Of a stretch of DNA of 50,388 nucleotides, positions 27,067 through 36,300 are shown one piece after another. Made by a program: the position numbers and the translations under genes. Origin of the DNA: a virus (taxonomy: Duplodnaviria; Caudoviricetes); IMG/VR virus record IMGVR_UViG_3300044993_000048, positions 1 to 50,388 of that record, one strand, 5' to 3'. The notes under the pieces were generated by a model. That model did no database searches. It saw only the letters and a list, made by a program, of their open reading frames with translations, and had not been told where the DNA came from. Every line of letters starts with the position of its first letter. Position 1 is the stretch's first letter.

Positions 27067-27716
27067 GCGAATACCTGAGCGAAGAATGGCGCAAGGAGCG
27101 GCTCGGGATCATCACGGCAAGCCGGATGCACCGTGTCATCAATGGCACTCCGAAGGGCTGGCTGTCTTTCATGCAGCTTCTGAAGGCCGAGATCGAGAAT
27201 CCAAATCTGGTGCTGTCCTCTGAGCCGGTACGTACAGCAGCTTTGGAGCACGGCAAGGAAACCGAGGATCAGTGCAAGGCGAACATCGAGCTGGACCTAG
27301 GGGTCGAGCTGGAAACCGCTGAGTTCAAATTGCACCCGAATGTCCCGTACATCGGCGCGACTTCTGATTTTCTGTGCAACTACAAAGGGTTCCGTTGGAA
27401 CGGTGAGATCAAATGCCCGATCAAGCTGGAGAATCACGTTGAGGTGCTGACACAGAAGCGCGTGCCTAACAAATACGTGCCGCAGGTTCAGTGCCAGATG
27501 GCCGTACACGGTCTTGATCGGACCCTGTTCGCAAGCTACTACCACGACATGCCGGATCCCAGCATGAGGCTCGTGGTCATTGAGGTTCCCATAGACCGCG
27601 ACTACCAGCAGATGATGTTGTCCCGGTGCGAGAGGTTTTGGGACGACTTTATGGAATTCCGCCGTAATGGTGGAGTCCTCCCACTAACCCCAGCACGGAC
27701 ACCACAGAGGTTTTGA
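27063..27716 (+). CDS. YqaJ / lambda-type exonuclease
   Basis: EEWRKERLGIITASR, HG.E.E, IGATSDF, EIKCP, YVPQVQCQM. Confidence 0.88.
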   Translation: MSEYLSEEWRKERLGIITASRMHRVINGTPKGWLSFMQLLKAEIENPNLVLSSEPVRTAALEHGKETEDQCKANIELDLGVELETAEFKLHPNVPYIGATSDFLCNYKGFRWNGEIKCPIKLENHVEVLTQKRVPNKYVPQVQCQMAVHGLDRTLFASYYHDMPDPSMRLVVIEVPIDRDYQQMMLSRCERFWDDFMEFRRNGGVLPLTPARTPQRF

Positions 27717-27718
27717 CA

Positions 27719-28489
27719 ATGGATACCACAGTTTCAGAGTCACCTTCTGGCACAGAGCCTATCGTCAACGTCATGCCAGATGCGGAACTCGTTCCTTTAG
27801 CTCAGGGAATCGACATCGCCCCTTTCATCCGCGTCAGCAATTCCCTTGGCGTGTTTAGGGCGAACGCAGAGGATTTTGCGGGACAGTGCTCGCGAGCCGA
27901 GATCGCAGACGCTCAGTCCTATCAGGCTGGAAACGATCTGCTCCAATTTGCCTCTGCTCAGCTCAAGCAGCTTGAGGCATACCGTAAGTCAGTCAAGCAG
28001 CCCATCGACGACTACGCCGCCCTGATTCAATCGGTCTTCAAGCCGATCAAGGAACAGTTCGAGAAGGCTCGGGATGAGCTGTCAAAGAAGATGCTCGCTT
28101 GGCGCAACGAGCAGGAGCGCATCGAGCGTGAGCGCGTCGAGGCGGCTCGCAAGGCGGCCGAGGAGGAAGCGCTGCGAATCGCAGCCAAGGCGGAGGAGTC
28201 CGGCAACACGATGGGCGCGAACGCTCTGCTGGATGCCGTAGCGAACGCCAAGGTCAATGTTCAGAAGGTCGTGCCTCCTTCCTTGATGGGCCGCAGTGCG
28301 ACGAAGCGCACCTACTGGATTGGCTCGGTACACGATCCGATGCAGATCCTGAAAGAGATCGTTGCTGGCAACCTGCCTATCCATATTGTCGAGTTCAGCC
28401 CGTCTGGTCTGAACAAGATCGCGAACGAGATTCGGGTCGAGGGGGTCTCGCGCGGCATCAAGATCACGAAGTCAGAAACACTGAGGTAA
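27719..28489 (+). CDS. Coiled-coil protein of the recombination module
   Basis: RKSVKQPID....I...FKP coiled coil, then a W...V.D C-terminal domain; sits between the exonuclease and SSB. Confidence 0.7.
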   Translation: MDTTVSESPSGTEPIVNVMPDAELVPLAQGIDIAPFIRVSNSLGVFRANAEDFAGQCSRAEIADAQSYQAGNDLLQFASAQLKQLEAYRKSVKQPIDDYAALIQSVFKPIKEQFEKARDELSKKMLAWRNEQERIERERVEAARKAAEEEALRIAAKAEESGNTMGANALLDAVANAKVNVQKVVPPSLMGRSATKRTYWIGSVHDPMQILKEIVAGNLPIHIVEFSPSGLNKIANEIRVEGVSRGIKITKSETLR

Positions 28490-28491
28490 AC

Positions 28492-28917
28492 ATGTACAGC
28501 TTGAATCGAGTTTCAGTTCTGGGTCGCGTCGGCAAGGATCCTGAAATCCGCACGCTTGCGAACGGAGATGCACTGCTCAACCTTTCGATCTCGGCAGAAC
28601 AGCGTTGGCGCGACAAGCATAGCGGTGATGACAAGCAGAAGACTGAGTGGATCAAGTGTCAGTTCTACGGCAGGCAAGCCGAGATCGTATCGAATCACGT
28701 TCGCAAGGGACATTGGATCTACGTTGAGGGCCGATGGACGAATAGCAAGTGGGTTGATAAGAGCGGCGTCGAGCGCTACAGCACCGATGTCAGGGTGTCT
28801 GATTTCGTCTTGATCGGGAAAACCGTCAGAGAAGACGAGGCTGCTGCCAAAGACAAAGAGGAACATCGGCCAACTCAGCAGCAATTGGTCGATTTCGACG
28901 ACGAAATTCCATTCTAG
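28492..28917 (+). CDS. ssb: Single-stranded DNA-binding protein
   Basis: LNRVSVLGRVGKDPEIR, TEW, KG..IYVEG, C-terminal DDEIPF. Confidence 0.93.
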   Translation: MYSLNRVSVLGRVGKDPEIRTLANGDALLNLSISAEQRWRDKHSGDDKQKTEWIKCQFYGRQAEIVSNHVRKGHWIYVEGRWTNSKWVDKSGVERYSTDVRVSDFVLIGKTVREDEAAAKDKEEHRPTQQQLVDFDDEIPF

Positions 28918-28925
28918 GGTGCGGC

Positions 28926-29234
28926 ATGATCATCTACTTTCCAAACAAGAATGGGGATGCTTCAAGGCACAATAAGCTCGCTGTCGCTCGAATTGAAAGG
29001 CACGTCCCGAAGGGGAATCACTGGGTCATGGCAGCGAGCTTCAAACCCAACGGGAAACGGTCCGCGCTGTGGATCTTTTACCGAGCAGGCATCAAAGGCG
29101 ACTTCAGGTGGAAGGCCATTTCCGGGAATGGCCGAATCATTTGCGCTTCGACCGAAGGATACAGGCAATTTTCCAGAGCGGCGGACAACGCTCGTATTTT
29201 CGGGTACTCAGGCCCTCGCACCATGCGTCTGTAG
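28926..29234 (+). CDS. YegP/DUF1508-domain protein
   Basis: GDFRWKAISGNGRIICASTEGY...A..N. Confidence 0.7.
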   Translation: MIIYFPNKNGDASRHNKLAVARIERHVPKGNHWVMAASFKPNGKRSALWIFYRAGIKGDFRWKAISGNGRIICASTEGYRQFSRAADNARIFGYSGPRTMRL

Positions 29235-29271
29235 CTTTACTATGAAGAAACATCGTGATACTGTTAGAAAC

Positions 29272-29502
29272 ATGGATAACAAAGGCATGCCGAAGATCAA
29301 GATTTTGCGGAACGCCAAGCCGCCAGAGTATCCGCCGATGTACCCGTTCTTGGATATTCGTCCCGGCGACGCGTTCGAGGTTGAGGACCTGAGCAAACAC
29401 AACGCTCTGAGATCTGCTGCTTGGAGATTTGGGCAACGGCTCGGCGCGAAGTTCAAGGTACACAAGCGAGGCAACAAGATCATCGTCTTTAGGCAATCAT
29501 GA
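29272..29502 (+). CDS. Small putative DNA-binding protein
   Basis: YPFLDIRPGDAFEV...SAA..FG....KF.V......VFR; start uncertain (29242, 29272 or 29287). Confidence 0.65.
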   Translation: MDNKGMPKIKILRNAKPPEYPPMYPFLDIRPGDAFEVEDLSKHNALRSAAWRFGQRLGAKFKVHKRGNKIIVFRQS

Positions 29503-29507
29503 TGGAT

Positions 29508-29621
29508 GGGTGGGTGCTGGAGCGGCAGACAGGCGACGCGGGGGTGAACTCCGCTATCGAGATCTCAAAGCGCATTAGTGCTAATTGAGACATGTCCGGG
29601 TTCGAGTCCCGGGGCCACCCG
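29508..29621 (+). ncRNA. tRNA-like RNA with enlarged anticodon and variable arms
   Basis: Acceptor GGGTGG/CCACCC, D arm CTG-GAGCGGCAGA-CAG, canonical T arm CCGGG-TTCGAGT-CCCGG; 114 nt. Confidence 0.7.
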
Positions 29622-29637
29622 CAATTACGGATATCCC

Positions 29638-29961
29638 ATGAAGCAGGAAAAGTCAGATGATCTGGTCGTCAGCCTTGGCGACATGAGCACGAGTTCTCCG
29701 GAGAAGGTCGATCTTGACGACGACTTCGAGGCGATGGTCGAAGATTTCATGGGGACATTCAACAACATCGTGATTCAGGGCATCACCCCGATGAAGGCGT
29801 TACTGGCATTCGCGTCAGCTTTCGCGCTCATCCTAGGCTGCTGCGTCAAAGCTGGCCTCAGACCATCGGTAGGCGGCAAGCTCATCGGCATGGTAGTCAA
29901 GAATGCGGATGCCAGCTCAAAAGCTGTCCGGGTCATCACCGACACGAGGAGGACTCAATGA
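29638..29961 (+). CDS. Hypothetical protein
   Basis: Start re-called at ATG 29638, after the RNA. Confidence 0.55.
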   Translation: MKQEKSDDLVVSLGDMSTSSPEKVDLDDDFEAMVEDFMGTFNNIVIQGITPMKALLAFASAFALILGCCVKAGLRPSVGGKLIGMVVKNADASSKAVRVITDTRRTQ

Positions 29962-30470
29962 AGTTCGATTTCACCAAGCGGTCCGCGCACATTGGAAAGA
30001 TCAGTCTGCGTGAAGAACATCACGGGGAAGACAAGAAGCTTGCGGTTGACGTGCCGCTGCGCTTTGAGATCTCCATGCAGGAGTTCGACATGGTCGCTCC
30101 ATGTCGTGGCGTGAAGCTGTCGAAAATCCTGTTCGACGATGGGGGGCGTCCAGTGACGCACCTGCTTTTCCCGCTGTCAGTCAACCGCAAGCCAGATCGC
30201 ATAACCCTCACGATCTATACTCATCAGATCGAAGAGGAAAAGAGCAAGCTCGTCTTCAATGACGTGACGATCAAGGGAATTTTGATCGACATCAAGGAAC
30301 GTGGAGCCATGATGTTGGAATGCAAAGCGCAGTTCCGCCCGACCGCGAAGGATCGAGAGCGCCTGATAGACTGTATGGGAGAGGCGCGACACTTCGAGTG
30401 CTTCGCTTCTCAGTCTGATCTGTTCCAGAAAGAAGAAGACGAAGAAGTACAGGAGCTAGGGGTGCATTGA
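29958..30470 (+). CDS. Hypothetical conserved phage protein
   Basis: 170 aa, GGAGGA RBS, ATGA overlap; R.E.HGED...AVDV motif. Confidence 0.65.
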   Translation: MKFDFTKRSAHIGKISLREEHHGEDKKLAVDVPLRFEISMQEFDMVAPCRGVKLSKILFDDGGRPVTHLLFPLSVNRKPDRITLTIYTHQIEEEKSKLVFNDVTIKGILIDIKERGAMMLECKAQFRPTAKDRERLIDCMGEARHFECFASQSDLFQKEEDEEVQELGVH

Positions 30471-30796
30471 TGCACAAAATAAACCAGTACTACAGCTTGC
30501 CTCGGGACGAGCTTGCGAGCAAGGTAGAAGCTGAAGTGAAGTCTGCTATCGAGGACAGCAGCACTATCGGAATCTGGGTGTTCATCATGAGGAATGATGG
30601 AGACCATTCTTTCGATGTGCGCACTATTGGCTCCATCGATACGGAAAAGTTTGGCGGAGAATTCGTCCGCGTCGCTCAACTTCAGCTCATGCGAGACTGC
30701 GGCATGGAACAAATGGCGAACGCCATTGAGTCCATCCAAGAGGAGTCTGCGCAAGCCGCCTTGCAGAACGCCCCGACGACAGACACGACGCAGTGA
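30470..30796 (+). CDS. Hypothetical protein
   Basis: 108 aa, TGATG overlap; last gene of the + operon. Confidence 0.55.
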   Translation: MHKINQYYSLPRDELASKVEAEVKSAIEDSSTIGIWVFIMRNDGDHSFDVRTIGSIDTEKFGGEFVRVAQLQLMRDCGMEQMANAIESIQEESAQAALQNAPTTDTTQ

Positions 30797-31123
30797 TCAG
30801 CGCTCGTCTGCGGACCGGATCTTGCGAATCTGCTGGGAGCACTTCTCCAGCGCGTCTTCCACCCGCCGAAGGTAGGCATCCAAATCCCGGAACAGAAAAG
30901 GCCCCTGCTGGGGCAGCGGCTGATCCACGCCGCACTCTTTCAACAGTTCCGCAGGCAGCTTGACCCGGACGGGGACCTCAATCTTCTCGGGCTCTGGACA
31001 GCTCTTTGGAGCGCTCGCGCATCCGCTCAGCCAGATCAGGGCAGGCAGCAGCAATGTCCATCTGGGCCAGTTCTCGGCATCCCGGCTGGCGGAAGATGAT
31101 CTCTCTGTCTCTCGCGGCCGCAT
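30797..31123 (-). CDS. Rz1-like outer-membrane spanin (lipoprotein)
   Basis: Lipobox LSGC, Pro-rich LPAELL.EC, second Cys near the end; overlaps Rz in another frame. Confidence 0.8.
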   Translation of the reverse strand: MRPRETERSSSASRDAENWPRWTLLLPALIWLSGCASAPKSCPEPEKIEVPVRVKLPAELLKECGVDQPLPQQGPFLFRDLDAYLRRVEDALEKCSQQIRKIRSADER

Positions 31124-31430
31124 TGGCCCTCCTGTCGATTTCTATGACGGCAGCATTCAGGGCCTCGACCGAGACCTCGTTGAGCTTGGTGCCGACCTTG
31201 ATGACTTCCATGCACTGATCATGCGCCGCCCGGAGAGCGGAGATCAGTGCCCGTCCTTGGGATCGCTCCGTGTCGCACGTCGCAAAGTCCCCCCGGGCAG
31301 TTTTCAGAGATTGGCTGGTAGCGGCCAGTTCGTCCTTCAGCCAGCCCACGCGGGCCGTCTGGAGGCTCAGGAGCCCAAGGAGCACCACCCCCAAGGCATG
31401 AGGCCAGAACTTCAGCAGCAAGGCTCCCAT
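30978..31430 (-). CDS. Rz-like inner-membrane spanin
   Basis: N-terminal TM plus coiled coil; GGAGGA RBS. Confidence 0.75.
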   Translation of the reverse strand: MGALLLKFWPHALGVVLLGLLSLQTARVGWLKDELAATSQSLKTARGDFATCDTERSQGRALISALRAAHDQCMEVIKVGTKLNEVSVEALNAAVIEIDRRANAAARDREIIFRQPGCRELAQMDIAAACPDLAERMRERSKELSRARED

Positions 31431-31756
31431 CAGTCCTCCAGCGCCCTCCACAGGGCATTACCGCCGCGACCTCTCCCGGGCTTCTTGGCCCTGAGATTAT
31501 GCTTGACCAGCAGCCTGTGAAGATACTGCCGATTGATGCCAGTCAGACTCGCGGCACGAGACACGTTGTTGCCAGACGCCCTCAGAGCCTGCTCCAGATA
31601 AGCTCGGGTTGAATCAGCGCGCCATTGCTTGAATGGCTCTATCCGCAAGCTGCGGCCACGTTCTGCGTCGGAGACGTTGCCCACCACTTCACCGCATTTG
31701 GGTCTACGCGCTGGTAGTCGCGGCCGCGATAGCGGAACACCGTCGGAGGGATGCAC
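31430..31756 (-). CDS. Fis-type HTH protein (start uncertain)
   Basis: YLEQALRASGNNVSRAASLTGINRQYLHRLL matches the HTH_8 consensus. Confidence 0.7.
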   Translation of the reverse strand: MHPSDGVPLSRPRLPARRPKCGEVVGNVSDAERGRSLRIEPFKQWRADSTRAYLEQALRASGNNVSRAASLTGINRQYLHRLLVKHNLRAKKPGRGRGGNALWRALED

Positions 31757-32220
31757 TCGGTTCCGACCGGCACAAACCCCGCGACCGCACTGGAGCGAGA
31801 ACCGTTAGACATAATACCGAAAGCGGGGGTCATGGTCACCCCGGTCACCACCTCGGCCACGGTCAGGACGGGAGGATTCGGCGGCGGAGGCGTCGTCACT
31901 GCCGAGACCGCGTTGCTCGCTGCGCTGCCACCGGCCGCCACTGCGACCACCCTGTACCAATGGGTCCCGACCGGCACCCCGGTTCTGGTGTACGACGTAG
32001 CCGTCCCGGACAGCGTGGCCAGCGTCGTCCACGGGCCATTGGCAGACGGCCCGGTCTCGACCCGCACCGCCGTCAATGGGCAGGCAGAAGCCGGGGAACC
32101 GTCCTGACAAGTCGTGGCGAATGTCCATGTCAGACGGTCTTCATTCCACGGAATCGTCTGAGCCAAAGACACCGCAGGGATCATGGCCAGAATGAACCAC
32201 TTCAACCGTCTCATGTTCAC
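31639..32220 (-). CDS. Secreted fibronectin type III protein
   Basis: Signal peptide; LTW, TSYT.TG...GT.WYRVVAV...G....SN; Pro linker; second Cys-containing domain. Confidence 0.75.
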   Translation of the reverse strand: MNMRRLKWFILAMIPAVSLAQTIPWNEDRLTWTFATTCQDGSPASACPLTAVRVETGPSANGPWTTLATLSGTATSYTRTGVPVGTHWYRVVAVAAGGSAASNAVSAVTTPPPPNPPVLTVAEVVTGVTMTPAFGIMSNGSRSSAVAGFVPVGTECIPPTVFRYRGRDYQRVDPNAVKWWATSPTQNVAAACG

Positions 32221-32558
32221 TTCTCCTCGTCATGTTTCTGAAGGCTGGCGCTGCGACTGTTGTCTGAACGCCTGATCAGATCGGAAATCGAATTCGCGGC
32301 ATATCCAACACCCCATGCCGCCGGAGCGTTCAGCGTCCCAGTCGTGATCAGGGCAATGAATGCTACCGTGTTGGTCATCAGCATCGTCATGGTCTCTGGC
32401 CAGAATTTGACCAGATACTCGATGTATCCAATCTGCGTGCCGTGCGTGTAGTAGGCGTCCCTGATCTGCTTGAAGATGCTGGTGAACGTTCCCAGCACCA
32501 TCAGCGCGAAGCAAATCAGCGGATTCTCCAGCCAGATCTTCAGCTCTTCCGTCGTCAT
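32217..32558 (-). CDS. Putative holin
   Basis: Start re-called at 32558 (GAGGAG); 2-3 TM helices, charged tail, adjacent to the endolysin. Confidence 0.6.
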   Translation of the reverse strand: MTTEELKIWLENPLICFALMVLGTFTSIFKQIRDAYYTHGTQIGYIEYLVKFWPETMTMLMTNTVAFIALITTGTLNAPAAWGVGYAANSISDLIRRSDNSRSASLQKHDEEK

Positions 32559-32568
32559 TTCGATCTCC

Positions 32569-32937
32569 TCAGTAGGACCATACAGTAGGACGCGGAGCAT
32601 GTTCAGGCTCGCGCAGCATGTCCAAATGCAGGAATCGAGACGTGCCCTTTTGGTTGACGCCGATCCCTGTGAACCTCATCTCCATCGCAACCCTGAGAAC
32701 ATCCCATGCACGATGCCTCGAAACCCCAAGATCCACCGCAAGCCCGGTTGTATGAGGGCCATTCGGTCCAGTCGTGCTGACGCGCTGATTATGCTCTGGG
32801 CATCGGTATCCGCTGGTCACGACAATAGGGAAACCGCAGCGATGACGCAGCTCGTCGATCAGCAACATGAACGGATCGCTCATTTTGTTCTCGCCGCAGT
32901 GCTTGCATGCAAAATCGGCCTTCGTGAAATACCTCAT
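32569..32937 (-). CDS. Endolysin, peptidase M15A-type
   Basis: FACKHCG, VTSGYRCPEHN..V, H..G.AVD, FLHLD. Confidence 0.85.
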   Translation of the reverse strand: MRYFTKADFACKHCGENKMSDPFMLLIDELRHRCGFPIVVTSGYRCPEHNQRVSTTGPNGPHTTGLAVDLGVSRHRAWDVLRVAMEMRFTGIGVNQKGTSRFLHLDMLREPEHAPRPTVWSY

Positions 32938-33386
32938 AGCGAGTCCTTCTGTAATTCCGGGTGGCTTTCTATGAACGCGGTAATCTCACGCTCTTTGCGG
33001 GCTTTCTGCACTTTCAGCTCTTGAAGCCTCGCTTGCATGACGGGCGGAGGCTCTTGGCCTGCGCGAGTCATTTTGGCTATGTCCCTCTCTATCTCGTCTT
33101 TCTCTCGCTCAATAGCCGAAAGATGACGCTCCATCTCTTCCTTGATCAGTCGAGAATTGAGAGTCCTCAAAGATACGCTCAAATCTGCAACCGCTTTCTC
33201 AAATTCATTCTGCTTTTTCGAGATAGTTTCTACATTGCCTTGCACTGTGCTCAGATCTGGCCATATGAAGATGTAAAACCCCCACAACAAAGACCAGATC
33301 AAAAGGACAGAAATAGCCGTATGAGGGATGACTTTCATGTCGTCCACCAGTCCAGTGACAAACCTTTTGGCCAGTTGCTGGATCAT
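32934..33386 (-). CDS. Membrane-anchored coiled-coil protein
   Basis: One TM plus coiled coil, coupled to the endolysin. Confidence 0.6.
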   Translation of the reverse strand: MIQQLAKRFVTGLVDDMKVIPHTAISVLLIWSLLWGFYIFIWPDLSTVQGNVETISKKQNEFEKAVADLSVSLRTLNSRLIKEEMERHLSAIEREKDEIERDIAKMTRAGQEPPPVMQARLQELKVQKARKEREITAFIESHPELQKDSL

Positions 33387-36300
33387 GATTCTTCTCTAGC
33401 TGCCTCTTGCATGAAGAACTCTCTGGCGTACTTATCTGGCAGCGGAGGCAGCGATGCCAGCAGTTCCGCGGTGGACCCAAACCCATTTTCTCTCAATGAT
33501 CTAGCCATCTGCGCACGGCTCTTCCCATAAATGATCGGCCCTAGTGTTCCAATCAGGTTTCTGCTGTTGCGCTCACCCATCATCGAGTCTTCAACCTCGT
33601 TCCATCGACGGTTGAACTCGATCATGATCTTCCTGATTTTTTCCTTCTCTGCCGCAATCCTTTCCTTTCTCTCTTTGGCAGGCATGTCAGGCCGCGCTTC
33701 GAGGCGACGGATCTCACGACGAGCTTCCCGAAGTTCTGTCGTCAGAGAACGACGCTTCCCACGAGTCGGCTGCGGCTCCGCATTCGACGGTTTCGGGACA
33801 GCAATCGACTCCTTGAGCTGCTTGAGTGTCCGTGATCGCCCGCGCTCCTCATCGGACCTACCAGTGGCAAAATTCGGGTACACCTCCCGAATCATGGTCA
33901 CTGCGACCGGATACTTCCGAGAGACGTACTGAAGGCGCTTCTGACCTTCCTCTGTCTGAATGCCCAGCTCGTAGACCGCGTCGATTTCCTTCTTTGCACG
34001 GTCGATTTGCGTCAGGTGCTGGTAAAACGTCTCCTGCGTTTCCCTGTCCCCTATGCCGCCGACCACCTTGCGCATGAAAGCGATCTCTTTGGCCTCAAGC
34101 TCTTCTGGAGCAAGAGCCAACGTAGCCGGGACATTGATCGCGCTCTCCAAGAATCGGCCAAGCCCGCCAGTCGCGAACCCTACCCAGTGCTGAATCGTCG
34201 CCGGGCTCACGTCAATGGCCCCCGGCGTAATGTCGGTTCCACCGGTCTTCTCGTTGAGCCATGCCGCCACCTCGCGGTACGCAAGCGGAACAGAACGGTA
34301 GAACTTCTGGCTATCCGGGGACGGAGGCTGGCCCGGGTAGTCCTCCGGCATGAGCCGCCCGCCGTGCCACGCCCTGTTCTCAGAGATCTGCACGAATGGA
34401 TCAGCCATCGTCGGCAACAGGAACTGAGACAACGTCGAGTAATCGCCAATAGGGCTGAACGCGCCAATGAAAGATCCGGCCATCAGCGCAGCCTCTTCCT
34501 GTGCGCTGTACCTGCGAACGTTGCCAATGAACGCATGGTCTACCAGCTTCCCAAGCGCGGTGCCGGAGTTATAAATCACGTTGAAACCATACGGCAGCGG
34601 GATCTTCAGGTAGCTGATCTTCTCGCCTGATTTCAGAGTGAAGCGCTGCTCGGGCGGCAACATGATGATGATGTTGCGCTCCTTGTCCACGCTCGAAATT
34701 TTGTCGTACAGGTTTTCCTTGTCGTCGTCTTCTCCGCCCAGCATACGGTTTAGGATGTCCATGCCGATGCCCAGCGCGACCATCCCGATCATGACTTTGC
34801 GAGCCTTGGGGTTTTTGGCGGCCGCAAACAGCCGCGCCGTGCCCTGTATGGCTGCGTTGTAGAACAGATACAGCGAGTTCAGGAACGTGCCAGCTTCGCC
34901 CTTGCGGTTGAAATTGACCGTCAGGTTCTTCGCGTACTCCGCCGCGCGCTGCTCACTGACACCTTTGCGCGTCAGGTTGACGAACGTCGAAAGGCGAATG
35001 GCATTCTCAATCGCAAGGTTCTCGGTCTCGATAAACTCGCCCACGGCACGAATGCCCTCGGCCGTCCACGAGATCACGTTGTCCGGCCCCATCATGCGCC
35101 TGAGCTTCGATTCGAGATCCACCGGGCTCTTGTACTGATCAATCCAGCCAACCTTGCCACCGGCGCGCTTGAAGCGTTGCCATTCCTGAGCCCACTCCGC
35201 GTTCTTGCCGCGCTCGCCACGGCGGATACCCCACCACGCGCTTCTCCAGTCCCGGATGATCGAGGTCTTGATGCCTTCGATGTCCTGCTCGTTCAGATTC
35301 ACTAGAGCAGTCTGAAGGTCGCGCAGCGCATTCGTGACCGTGAATTCCGGGTTCAGCGACGTGTTCAGAGACGAGAGAACCCGGTTGACTCCGTGCATGA
35401 ACCCCAAGATGGGGCCGACCTGATCCGGGCTCAGGTTCTTCAGCGCGGCAGCCAGACGGCGCATCTCAGGGTTCGTGTCGCTCAGGGTGATGTGATAAAT
35501 CTTCCCGTCCTTCCGCACCCGGATGACGTTGTCCGCCAGCTTGTACTGAGGATTAATGCCTTTCCGCACAAGACCGGTTGTCTTGTCAACGTAGCGCATG
35601 TACTCGACTTCATCGACAGACCACAGCCTCGTTGACGGAGTGTTCTTGACGAACTCGTAGAACGCGCGACCCACCTTCGCCTTCTCGCTCAGGATGATCG
35701 TGGCGTGAGCTTGAGCGACGACGTTGGCAAGGATGTTGGCCGCCAAGGACGTGCGGCCAGTGCGAGCCTTGGTCAGCTTGGCCCCCGTGTCGTATCCCAT
35801 GCCCTTGGACGGCAAGTTAAGGAACGCGGACACGTCCGGATCGTTGGCCATGTCCCTCCATCCCTTGAGCGGCACGTAGAACTGGTACGTCTTCTCCCAT
35901 TCCTCAATGGTCGATGCGTCCTCAAGACCGTTCATCACCATCTGGTCACGAGTCCACTTGGTCATCTGGTCAACCATGCGGCCAATCTCGTGCAGCTTTT
36001 TGATGTCTCCCATCGACGAGAGCTTTGCCATGACGGCCATCGCATCCGCGTCACTCATGCCGGAGTTATACGTCGGGTCGCCGTCGTTGATCTTGAGAAG
36101 GTGAGCGTTGGCCTCCGGCGCATGGCGCGCATACAGGAAGTCCTCAACGTCTTCCCACTCGTAGCCAGAAGCCTTGATCGCCTTGACTAGCGGCTCGACG
36201 AATTGCTTCTCGTATTCAGCCACCTTGTTTTCAACGCGCCCGTGATACAGCGTCTGCTGTAGGTAAGCGTCCCAGTCGTCCGGGAGCTGCGTCATCTGGT

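Noticed and set aside
29508-29621. Calling the RNA a standard tRNA-Ser(TGA) or tRNA-Leu(CAA)
   Set aside because: No canonical 5-bp/7-nt anticodon arm with U33 at the expected spacing, and the CTCAAAG segment lies in a different stem
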